Assembly: GCF_006345805.1 (NCBI RefSeq)
Contig: NC_043018.1
Coordinates: 2,790,001 to 2,854,000, forward strand
DNA from: Octopus sinensis
Taxonomy: Eukaryota
Length of the DNA: 64,000 nt
Reading direction: 5' to 3'
Shown here in pieces: positions 54,110-64,000 of the stretch (position 1 is the first letter of the stretch; each line of letters opens with the position of its first letter). A program made the position numbers and the translations under genes. The notes under the pieces were generated by a model that searched no databases, had not been told where the DNA came from, and worked only from the letters and a program-made list of their open reading frames with translations.

Positions 54110-54553
54110 TTCTGCTCAATACCACAGATTTGCTTGTCAGTTGTTTGACCTTAACCAGTTGAGCATGTCCCTTAGTGGCTGACGATATGTGCATCTCTGA
54201 TCACGAGCAGAAGTAGTGGGGGAGCATCATAGCCATGTGTTGAGAGGGATTCTTTGGGATTTGAATAGTTCACCTCTGGAAACATGGGTGGTTCTTTCAG
54301 CATCCTTAAGCAACCCTTATTCAGGGACCGTTTGAGCGGGATGAGCTACTCAACCTGAAGAAAATTCTAACTGGGCCCCACCTGCAAGGTCATGTGCTGT
54401 TAATCTTGATATGAGATCATCATGTCGCGCACATATGGTTGTGATGCATGTGCCTGTTGTACCTTTTTTCAGACGGGTAGTCATGATGGGTATATTGGGC
54501 TTCGTATATTTTACCCCAGTGTCACTTTGATGGCATGAACTGCTCTCTCACTC
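54107..54553 (+). mobile_element. Non-coding ~445-bp element embedded in a (TAA)n array; probable 3' UTR of another TAA-targeting retroelement
   Basis: Complex sequence flanked on both sides by (TAA)n, ending ctctctcactc-aataataat in the same orientation as the neighbouring Dong copy. No ORF. Confidence 0.5.
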
Positions 54554-54580
54554 AATAATAATAATAATAATAATAATAAC

Positions 54581-54615
<35 letters not shown>

Positions 54616-54626
54616 TAATAATAATA

Positions 54627-54667
<41 letters not shown>

Positions 54668-54689
54668 TAATAATAATAATAATAGTAAT

Positions 54690-55580
54690 GATAAACAGCA
54701 AAGGATCATGATAAAACGATGGCAAGAAAAGCACCTTGATGGCAAATACTGGGTTAAACTAATCGCAAACGAAATAAACAGAACAAAATCCCAACAATGG
54801 CTGAGAAGCTCAGAACTTAAAGCAGAGTCTCAAGGATTTTTGATTGCAGCACAAGACCAAAGCCTCCCCATCAGAAATTACCAAAAACATATAAGGAAAT
54901 GAAACATAACAAGTAACTGCAGAACTTATGGAGATGGACAAGAAACAATAAATCATAGTGTTACTGGCTGCCCAGTCCTGTCTAAGAAGGAATAAATTCA
55001 CAGACACGAGAGAGTTGGGGCCTACATACACTGGAAGCTGTGCAAATACAATGGAATAGCAACAGAAAAATGATGGTATAGGTATATGCCAGAAAAGGTC
55101 ACAGAAAATGAGAAAGCAACAATACTAAGATATGTGCTTATACACACAGATAGAGAAATTAAGGGAAATATGCCGGATATAGTTTTCGGAGATCAAGAAA
55201 AAATGTTTTCAAATCGATGTATCGATACAAAGAGATGACAATGTTTCTCTAAAAGAAACAGAGACACTTTTCAAAATACAAAGATTTGGAAATAGGGGTA
55301 ACTCGAGTGAGGAACCTAAAAATAGAAATAATTCCTATCAAATAGGCACATTAGGTATGATGAAAAATATTCAGACTGATACATAACAAAAATATCAGGA
55401 CTGACAAATATATGTAACATACGAAAATAGCATACTAGGCACTGCTCACATCCTACGTAAAACACTTTCAACATCCTGAAAATAAGAGCATCTCAAAAAA
55501 CCTCAGCACATATCCAAGTTACACAGAGCTGTGCTCGGTTGTGCAGTGAAAGCACGTGATAAAAATAAGACCACTGAATG
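54690..55580 (+). mobile_element. 5'-truncated, decayed R4/Dong LINE, same subfamily as 25500-26428, flanked by (TAA)n
   Basis: KRWQEKHLDGKYW, WLRSSELKAESQGFLIAAQDQSL, matching 3' UTR acacagagctgtgctcgg..gtgaaagcacg..aaaataa.accactgaat. Confidence 0.88.
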
Positions 55581-55654
55581 AAACTAATAATAATTAGTAA
55601 TAACAATAATAACAATAGCAATAATAAATATTACTAACATATATATACTTTTAT

Positions 55655-56045
55655 TCTTTTACTTTTTCCAATAATTTGACTGCGGCCATGCTGGAGCACT
55701 GCCTTTAGTCGAGCAAACCGACCCCCAAGACTTAGTCTTTGTAAGCCTGTAACTTATTCTATCCGTCTCTTTTCCCGAAACGCCAATTTACGTGGAGGTA
55801 AACACACCAACGTAGGTTGTCTAACGATGGTGTGGGAAACACACATACACACACACCACACACACACACACACACATATACACAACGGACGTCTTTCAGT
55901 TTCCGTCTACCAAATCTCCTCACAAGGCTTTTGGTCTGCCTGAGACTAAAGTAGAATACACTTGCCCAACGTGCCACGCAGTGGGACTGAACCTTCAACC
56001 ACGTGGTTGATAGGCAAGCTACCTGCCACACAGCCACGCCTGCAT
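55655..56045 (-). mobile_element. SINE family A, near full length
   Basis: Reverse complement of the head through the tail, with an internal (CA)n tract. Confidence 0.85.
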
Positions 56046-56396
56046 ACTCACACACACATATGTGTGTGTGTATGTATGTTCGTATATTAGTATGTATATA
56101 TCATATAGAATGTTTGTCTGAGAGCAAGAAGATCAGAGTAACTGACAACAATGGCTTGGAATCTCTAGGCTTCAAGGCTGGAGTGTATGTATTACTGTGT
56201 GCATGTATGTAGGTGTGTGCCTATATGCGCGTGTGCGTGCGTGTATGAGTTTGTATATGTGTGTGAATGTATGTACGTATTCAGTCGTTCTCCTCCCGGG
56301 AGCACATTTCCATACCAAAACACAATATACAAGCTTAATAGTTCGGTGTCCAGTTGTTATATTGCTTTCCTCTATCAGTTCTCTATAGCAGGCATG

Positions 56397-56427
<31 letters not shown>

Positions 56428-57081
56428 CCTTCTTCGTTTTAAAGATTTATATGTTTCTTCATAACTGTCACGGGAAAATGGCCAAACATGTACACTTACT
56501 GATAGACATGAAAAAACATTGGTTAATATCGACTGTAAACCGGATGTTATGTATAGTTTTATCTTGTTGATGAAAATGTAGTCTTTTCACTATAACCGTT
56601 TTTTAAAAACTTTTTTCTTTATACGTATATTGCTGTTTCAATTATTTATCAATAAAACTACTGACTGTAGATGTAGCAGACGTCTGCAAGATAACCAAAG
56701 CTGCATTCAACCGATGTAATCATACAGATTTATTTCATGTATGATTGAAATTAATTTACGATATTAAATTGCTAAATAGCTGTCCTTATTTGAGACCATT
56801 AAATCACCCGCTGTGCTCTCCCTCTCTCTCCCCCATCTCGCTCTCCCTCTCTCTCCTCTCTCTCTCTTCTCTCTAACTTCTTTTTCAACAATATTTACGT
56901 CTTTTATTCGCTCTTTATTTCGTTCCCTTTATCTCGTTCTCAATCTAACTGTCTCTGCCTTGCTCTCCTTTATCTTGGCGAATGTAGTTAGTTTACCATA
57001 GGATTCAACCGCACACATACAATACATACATACATACATACATACATACATCATACATACATATACATGTAATATAAATAA

Positions 57082-57116
<35 letters not shown>

Positions 57117-57133
57117 CATATATATATAAATAA

Positions 57134-57183
<50 letters not shown>

Positions 57184-57216
57184 ATAAGAAAGTTGGTTTG
57201 TGAAAGCACGTGGGTG

Positions 57217-57395
57217 AATATATAAAAAATAGTAAAGAGTGAAAAAACGACAGAAGGCTTAAATATTAAAAAAAAATTATATACATAATATATATATACA
57301 TAAAAATATATATATATACATATGACGCAAATATATATATTTTTTAACATTTAAGCCTTCTGTCGTTTTTTCACTCTTTACTATTTTTATATATA
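57217..57395. repeat. Near-perfect ~55-bp inverted repeat embedded in (TA)n
   Basis: aaaatagtaaagagtgaaaaaacgacagaaggcttaaat / atttaagccttctgtcgttttttcactctttactatttt. Confidence 0.9.
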
Positions 57396-59079
57396 TATAT
57401 ATATATATATACACATACATAAATATATATCTATGTAGATATATAAATGTATATATGTGTGTGTGCATATACGTATATATATATATATATATATAAAAAT
57501 AGTATAAAATAGTATAGTATTCTATATAGTGTAGTTGGAAACCTGATGGAGACAGAAAGCATTCTTCTCTAAATTTTGTAGGTTAACCTCTTTACAAATA
57601 CAACAAATTAAATCAAGTGATCCTGTGAGAAAATAATGTAATTAGGGCGTGATTATAACAGTTGGACTACATTCTGTTATTAATTAAAATATTTGATTAC
57701 GGAAAGAACCGATTAAATTGACAAAGATTTTATATCAATTTGTTTGCAGTATGTAAAAGGTTTGCAATTATATTAATCAAAATTTATTTGCATTTATTTA
57801 TCAGTTCGTGTATTTAGTTGTAGGCAACTAACTTCGACCGTTTCGTATACTGTGGACGAAACCCTGACGAATATATCCTGCGGCTATTAGCTTTGCTGAC
57901 GGTGATGATGATGGTGATGACGATGATGATGGCGACGATAATGGTGATGATAGTGGTGGTGGTGGTGGTGGTGGTGGTGGTGGTAGCCATGAAGAATTGG
58001 ATTATTAACGAGATATATCTTCAGGTCAACAATAGCGGAGCAACAGTTTTATCCTCAAAGGCTTTCCAAGCATAACTATCGCGCGCATTGATATTTCATT
58101 CAATCCTGTACGACTTTCTCCCATTCTCTAACACAACAATAGCCACCACATCGAGTGAAAGAATCGAATGACAGAACTCAACGAAAGACTGGTGCAGTAG
58201 CGTGCACCTGGCTGATATCCACCATTTCCAAATCCAGGCTTTACGCTAGAATACGTGCAATGAGGGACCCTAATTACGATCGCTCCACCTACTATAAAAA
58301 GCAGCATAATAATTTCCCTCAAGCCACAAAATACTATCGTATAACGATTGATAGGCGCAATGAACAATGTAATGCTAGTTACAAAGAAAAAGACCGGCTC
58401 CCCTTGATCATTACTCAATCAGGGCGAACATGGATTCATAAAAGCAAAGACATCAATAGCAGAAAATACAACAACAAAAGCTGCAAGAACAACGTTAGCA
58501 ACAATAAAGGCACTTGTTTACAGTTATTTCATTTCACTGGTGTAATTAAAGCGCCTGCAAGAATGCATGAAGTTGATGAAAATACTACTTCCGCAATATA
58601 ACTCTGACGCCTGTGTATAGTTAAATGCAATTATTATTAAAATTGAAGATATTATTATATTAAACAACAGAATTAATAGGCTATTTCAGTCCAGATGTAA
58701 TTAAAAAGAGGAATTGAGTTGGAATAATGTTAAATGAAAAATGGAAATGTGTGAGAAAAGCTTCGTTCGTACAGATATATCAATTATTGATTTCTATCCG
58801 CATTTTTAGCTGGTTCATTACCCTATGTGGGGTATTTTGGGTCTGTTACTTTTATATTACTTCTTCCTCTTCTGTTTTGCCTTTTTTTTTTGCTTTATCC
58901 TCTTCTCTTTCCTTTTTTTTTCTCCTTCTTTATGTGTGGGCATGCCTCCGTGTACGCGAGAGCATACGCGTGTAAATAAGAAAGCCAAGATAAGCAGTTA
59001 GTTATCAGTATGTGCGAGTGTGTAGTTGCGTGCATGTGTGTGAATGTTTGTATGTACACATGCATGTACTACGTATGTA

Positions 59080-59341
59080 AATATAAATATATACATATAT
59101 ATATGTGTGTGTGTGTAAGTGTATATGTATATATATATGTGTGTGGTATCTCTCTCTCTCTCTCTATTCTATCTATCTATCTATCTATCTATATATATAT
59201 ATACATATACATATATTTATATATACATATACATATATATATATATGTATACATATATTATATTACATATACATATATATGTATATATATATAACATATA
59301 CACATATACATATATACACATATACATATATATACATATAC

Positions 59342-59372
<31 letters not shown>

Positions 59373-59430
59373 CATATATATATATGTGTGTGTGTGTAAG
59401 TGTATATGTATATATATATGTGTGTGTGTA

Positions 59431-59467
<37 letters not shown>

Positions 59468-59665
59468 CTATCTATAATATATATATACATATACATATAT
59501 TTATATATACATATACATATATATATATATGTATACATATATATATACATATACATATATATGTATATATATATATACATATACACATATACATATATAC
59601 ACATATACATATATATACATATACATATATATATATATATACATATATACATATATATATATGTG

Positions 59666-59714
<49 letters not shown>

Positions 59715-59725
59715 ATATATACTAG
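59080..59725. repeat. Compound microsatellite containing a ~281-bp higher-order duplication
   Basis: The block atatgtgtgtgtgtgtaagtgtatatg...(CT)n(CTAT)n... occurs at about 59101 and 59382. Confidence 0.8.
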
Positions 59726-60406
59726 TGACTCATAGATAGATAGAGAGATTAAAAATATATGTACGTGTGTATGTATGTATTATGAGTTGCTTTTTCGATA
59801 AATTTTAGCCCATTGATGCGAAAACATTCCTGAATTTGGAAAGTGGTTTTAATCCTGGACATAAAAATAGCAGCTAATAATTATAAAAAAGTTTTATTGC
59901 ATTAAAGTAATCCGAACTGACAAATAAATGGGAAAATATAATGAAACATTTACAGCCCCACCCATGGTGAGTCGATAAATGTATCCCGTTATTCCCTCTC
60001 GAGGCGTGTGCCCAGCTTAGGGGTATTATCTAGAAGAATCTTTCAAAAATACATTCAGTGACGAGAATATTTACTGCCATGACATTGATTATATAGCTAT
60101 GATGACAACGGATTTAGCATAAATCTTCATATTTTAACTGCACAGCATATTCTGTCGAAAAATGGAAACGATAGTTGCACCATGTATAAGGTTGTTGTTA
60201 AATGCTAAATACTGAGACACGCAAGACTTGAAGTAAAGAACTACGAATTCAACGTCTCTAGTTTTTGTCTCTTTTTCTTTTTGCAGTTATTGTTGTGAAA
60301 GACTGCACTCGGAAATTAACTAACGTATATAATAAGAACGGGTGAACTTTAACGTCTTCATTTTTGCGTGTCGAGACTACCCAATGTTTCTTATATATAT
60401 ATAATA

Positions 60407-60461
<55 letters not shown>

Positions 60462-60551
60462 GTATGTATGTATGTATATGTATATGTAGTATGTATATAT
60501 ATGTATGTAGGATTATACATTTATAAATATATATCATATATATATATATAT

Positions 60552-60939
60552 ATCGTGACGCATATTTGCCATTTGAATATGGCCAACCCCTAAGGGTGGA
60601 TGCTACTGTAGTTTGTAGCCCCAGGAAGATATCTCCTCCAGCTGGCTATAGACACACTATCTGTGCCCTCTCAGTATTTGTGAAGGGATGTCATCCTTCC
60701 CGTCTTCAACTTATGATACACACGGACTCGAGTTTCAAGGTGTTTACCTATCATCAGCGTGTGACAATCACAGTTGTCGACGAGAATTCAGTTTCCCTCA
60801 CAAATACACATACTTTTTCCAGTGTCGATTGACACTGATATTGAAAAAGTGAAATCAAACAATGATAAATCTCAAAGCGAGTTATAAACAGTAGCGGTAA
60901 CACATCGTGACACATATTTGCCATTTGAATATGGCTAAC
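60552..60939 (-). mobile_element. Retrozyme-like non-coding element: 352-bp unit, 36-bp terminal redundancy, HHR, in (TA)n
   Basis: Direct repeat atcgtgac(g/a)catatttgccatttgaatatggc(c/t)aac at 60552-60587 and 60904-60939. HHR at 60763-60719; TA microsatellite on both sides. Confidence 0.8.
60719..60763 (-). ncRNA. Minimal type-I hammerhead ribozyme with palindromic (dimer-type) helix III
   Basis: Minus: CACACG-CTGATGA-T-AGGT-AAAC-ACCT-T-GAAA-CTCGAG-T-C^CGTGTG. Canonical core, 6-bp helix I, ACTCGAGT palindrome. Predicted GUC^ between 60725 and 60724; 10.1/11.1 is U-U. Confidence 0.85.
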
Positions 60940-61020
60940 ATATATATGTATATATGTGTATTAATACATATGTATATATGTGTGTGTGTGTGTATTTATA
61001 CATATGTATACACACACACA

Positions 61021-61069
<49 letters not shown>

Positions 61070-61333
61070 CCGGTGTTTTTCAAGCGATGAATAGCTTTGC
61101 GTAAATCATGGTTCGCCTTGTTTTCTTACTTTATTATTATCATCTTATAATCATCTCATAATAATGACTTCTATGACTCTTATTACTACCTCAGTCAATC
61201 TAAATGTATATATTTGTCGTTACCTGTCATAAATAATCTTTTTTTTTATTTGCAATGTGCATTTTCGTTGATTTTTCAAATTTTACCCTTACGTTTCTAC
61301 GTGTATTTTATACTTCCTTTTCTAACATATTTC

Positions 61334-61375
<42 letters not shown>

Positions 61376-61379
61376 ATAT

Positions 61380-61620
61380 AGTGAGAATTTACGAATAAAA
61401 AACAAAAGACAAAGACTAGTGTGTAAACAACAAACAGATGTATTAGTTTAACGCTCGGGAAGTGAGAAAGTCTTTTACGTTTCGGGCTTAGGCTCTTCGA
61501 CAGAAAGGTACACAGAAATAAACAGGGAGAGAAAATAGAAAAGGTTCAGTGGCTAGTGATCAATTATGGCAAAGTAATATAAAAGTAGCAGAACCAAAAT
61601 ACTCCACATCGGGTAATGAA
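61380..61620 (-). mobile_element. Penelope-like terminal fragment with a decayed HHR and (TA)n tail
   Basis: Minus: CTTT-CTGTCGA-A-GAGC-CTAA-GCCC-GAAA-CG-TA^AAAG (about 61507-61472; A6U in the core, one helix II mismatch). Confidence 0.6.
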
Positions 61621-61759
61621 CCAGCTAATATTATATATATATATTCCCGTATTCTTTTATTTCTTTCACGCACGTGGCTGCGGTCCTATATGTAGAGACA
61701 CACACACTTACACAAGCATTTATATAAATATGGATGACCATGAAATTACTGCTGCTAGA

Positions 61760-62050
61760 ATGTTATCCACCGAATCAGAAGTTACAGGCAAGTTTGCTTA
61801 TGGCAGACTACCAATCTCCCAGGCATCCAGTCATCCCCCTTTGCGCGCCGCCGATGCTTCGGAAAGGAAAGGCATAGACCGATACGGCCTGGCACCGATG
61901 ACATCGTAACGCATTTCTACAGCTGAGTGAACTGGAACTACGTAAAATAAAGTGTCTTGCGCAAGAACGCAACACACGCCCTGGTCTGGGGATCGAACCT
62001 ATTACCTCATGATCGTGATCCTGCTCTCTAATCACTGAACCATGCCCTTC
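61760..62050 (-). mobile_element. tRNA-derived SINE family D
   Basis: Reverse-complement head ggaagggcatggttcagtgattagag..ggttcgatcccc; body ttcttgcgcaagacactttattttacgtagttccagttcactcagctgtag. Confidence 0.75.
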
Positions 62051-62069
62051 CCTATATATATATCAGGCT

Positions 62070-62328
62070 ATCAGATGTTGCTACACATCGCTGGTCACAA
62101 TGCGCTTCGTATTGTTTTAGCCTTCAAATGACGCCACCCGCTGGCTAGGCGAGCAGACCAACAGAAGAAAGAGTGAGAGGAAGTTGTAGCGAAAGAGTAC
62201 AGCAAGGACTGCCACCGTCCCCTGCCGGTGTTTTCGCTCAATAAACACTCACAACACCCGGTCTAGGAAACGAAACCGCGATCCTACGACCGCGAGTCCG
62301 CTGCCCTAACCACTAGGCCATTGCGCCT

Positions 62329-62330
<2 letters not shown>
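62070..62330 (-). mobile_element. tRNA-derived SINE family C
   Basis: Reverse-complement head GGAGGCGCAATGGCCTAGTGGTTAGGGCAGCGGACTCGCGGTCGTAGGATCGCGGTTTCG (A and B boxes), followed by a non-tRNA body. Confidence 0.8.
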
Positions 62331-62366
<36 letters not shown>

Positions 62367-62367
62367 T

Positions 62368-62820
62368 GAGACGAAGATCTCTTGGGGCTATAAAGCTACA
62401 GTAACACCCCCTCCCCAATGTGGTTAGCCATGATAAGATGGCTTCTATACTTTACATTATCGAGCGATTACTGTTTCGATCTCATTCTGAGATTTAATTA
62501 TGCTTACTGTTCGTTTTTCGACATCAGTGGCAGATGCCATTAGAAAAACTTATATATATTTGCAAAGGAGCCTTCACTTTCATCGCTACCTGGTGGTTAC
62601 CGCCCGTTGACGAGGGACAACAATCCCGAAACTAGTTCGAGCGTATCACTCAGGCTTGCGAGGAAGGGATGGCCTCCCTTTGCAAATACTCCAAGGACAC
62701 AAGATATTGTGTCTAAAGCCAGCTAGAGAGACGAAGATCCTTGGGGCTATAAAGCTACGTAACACACCCTCCCCAATGTGGTTAGCCATAATGATAAGAT
62801 GGTTCTATACTTTACATTAT
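62368..62820 (+). mobile_element. Retrozyme-like non-coding element: 360-bp unit, 93-bp terminal redundancy, HHR, in (TA)n
   Basis: Direct repeat 62368-62460 / 62728-62820 (offset 360). HHR at 62601-62643; (TA)n on both sides; colinear with 60552-60939. Confidence 0.8.
62601..62643 (+). ncRNA. Minimal type-I hammerhead ribozyme with palindromic helix III (C3U variant)
   Basis: CGCCCG-TTGACGA-GGGA-CAACAA-TCCC-GAAA-CTAG-T-T^CGAGCG. Helix II is 4/4, helix I 5/6, ACTAGT palindrome. Predicted GUU^ after 62637. Confidence 0.75.
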
Positions 62821-63109
62821 ATATATATATATATACATAAAATATATACATATACACACAAGCACACACACGTTGTTGACTGCTGCTGTCACTACTGAAT
62901 GAGAAAGAATATTTTCTAGCTTTAAGCTTTAAGCATGCTGAGGAATTTATAATTACATTAAACACTGAAGAGCCTACAAATCTGTCTCCTATAATTCTTT
63001 TCTGCTTTATTCATTTCCATGAGATAAAGTCATTACAGTCGGTGGTCGTCGTCAATAGAAGTGGGTCATCGTCCTTCTGCTCTTGGAGGATTATGTGGAA
63101 TCCGTTCAC

Positions 63110-63245
63110 ATATTGTTGTTGTTGCTTTTGTTGTTGATGTTGTTGTTGTTGTTGTTGTTCTTCTTCTTCTTCTTCTTCTTCTTCTTCTTCTTCTTCTTCT
63201 TCTTCTTCTTCTCCTTCTTCTTCTTCTTCTTCTTCTTCTTCCTGT
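63110..63245. repeat. (GTT)n-(CTT)n microsatellite
   Basis: Directly visible. Confidence 0.95.
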
Positions 63246-63399
63246 TCACTCTTCATATAGCTGTAGAAAAAAGATAACGGGTGAGAAACATCTTCCACCC
63301 CGGTAAAAATACTTCAAGTGCAGATTTTCCTTGCAATTAATTAGGCTCAATCCCTTTTTACGTCTTCCTTTACTAACAGGAGAGAAAATAGATTATATA

Positions 63400-63720
63400 A
63401 CGAGGAACCCCTTACATGTTGGTATCTGCATACTTGCAAACGCTCGGTACACTAATGTATGAATGCTTCAGGTTGATATCTCCACCAACCACGGTCTTAT
63501 GTTTCCTTTAGCCATGTTTGGGCGCCGAAGAATTTAACAAAGTCTTCCCTTCCAATTTCTGCATGACCTTCCTGTCCTTATTTCTTTCTGGATTGGGTGT
63601 ACACTCTGTCCATTAGTTACTTATTGTCCTTTCTTCTAAACACACGTCCCGTGAAAGGGCATTTCAGCGTGTTTAGTTTCCAGATAATATCTGTAGTATC
63701 TGTTGCCACTTTTATCCTGT
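63400..63720 (-). pseudogene. Possible LINE AP-endonuclease relic
   Basis: Minus-strand KTVVGGDINLKH resembles the APE II.GDFN..H motif; the rest is decayed. Confidence 0.4.
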
Positions 63721-63789
63721 TATTTCTCCACTTACTGAATAAGTGACAAAACATGCTGGTATTGTATTTTTTTTTATCGTACTATCCCT

Positions 63790-63960
63790 TAACTACTGGT
63801 GTTTGGTTACGTGCTCGTAACTTAGCAGTTCCACAAACGAGATCGATCTAATAAGCACTCGACGTTTCAAAAAACGAAATTTAAGTACTTGGGTCGAATT
63901 GTTCAATTGAAACCTTCAAAGGTGTGCCCCAGCATTACCGCAATCCAATGAGCAAGAAAA
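63790..63960 (+). mobile_element. Diverged SINE family A 3' half
   Basis: cttagcagttccacaaacgagatcgatctaataagcact..ggtgtgccccagcattaccgca. Confidence 0.6.
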
Positions 63961-64000
63961 GTATGTAATAAAAATATATATGCGATCATAAAGAATCCTT

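Noticed and set aside
57835-57880. GTTTCGT..ACGAAAC followed by CCTGACGA
   Set aside because: The motif order and spacing cannot form a three-way junction.
62270-62330. tRNA-like head as a tRNA gene
   Set aside because: No acceptor-stem closure; it continues into a SINE body.

Overview
AT-rich, microsatellite-dense animal genomic DNA. The SINE families and simple-repeat landscape look to me like octopod cephalopod (Octopus) sequence; this is recognition from memory, not a database result. I could not support any intact host gene. Almost all ORF-track entries are microsatellite or antisense-SINE read-throughs. The window is mostly mobile DNA: four tRNA-derived SINE families; R4/Dong-type RLE LINEs sitting in (TAA)n arrays, one of them young with a single frameshift; decayed I/Nimb, CR1/Jockey and RTE LINE pieces; two mariner transposase relics; MITEs and foldbacks; and a Helentron-like element. 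The main hit is a set of minimal type-I hammerhead ribozyme (HHR) motifs with self-complementary (dimer-type) helix III. Two of them lie in non-coding elements at 60552-60939 (-) and 62368-62820 (+). These are colinear, diverged homologues (~65% identity by eye over the block I aligned) with 352- and 360-bp unit lengths, terminal redundancy, a near-equivalent 3' end, compensatory changes in several hairpins, and (TA)n flanks. That architecture fits a retrozyme-like, circular-RNA-templated, microsatellite-targeted element family. Ribozyme activity and circular RNA are inferred, not shown.
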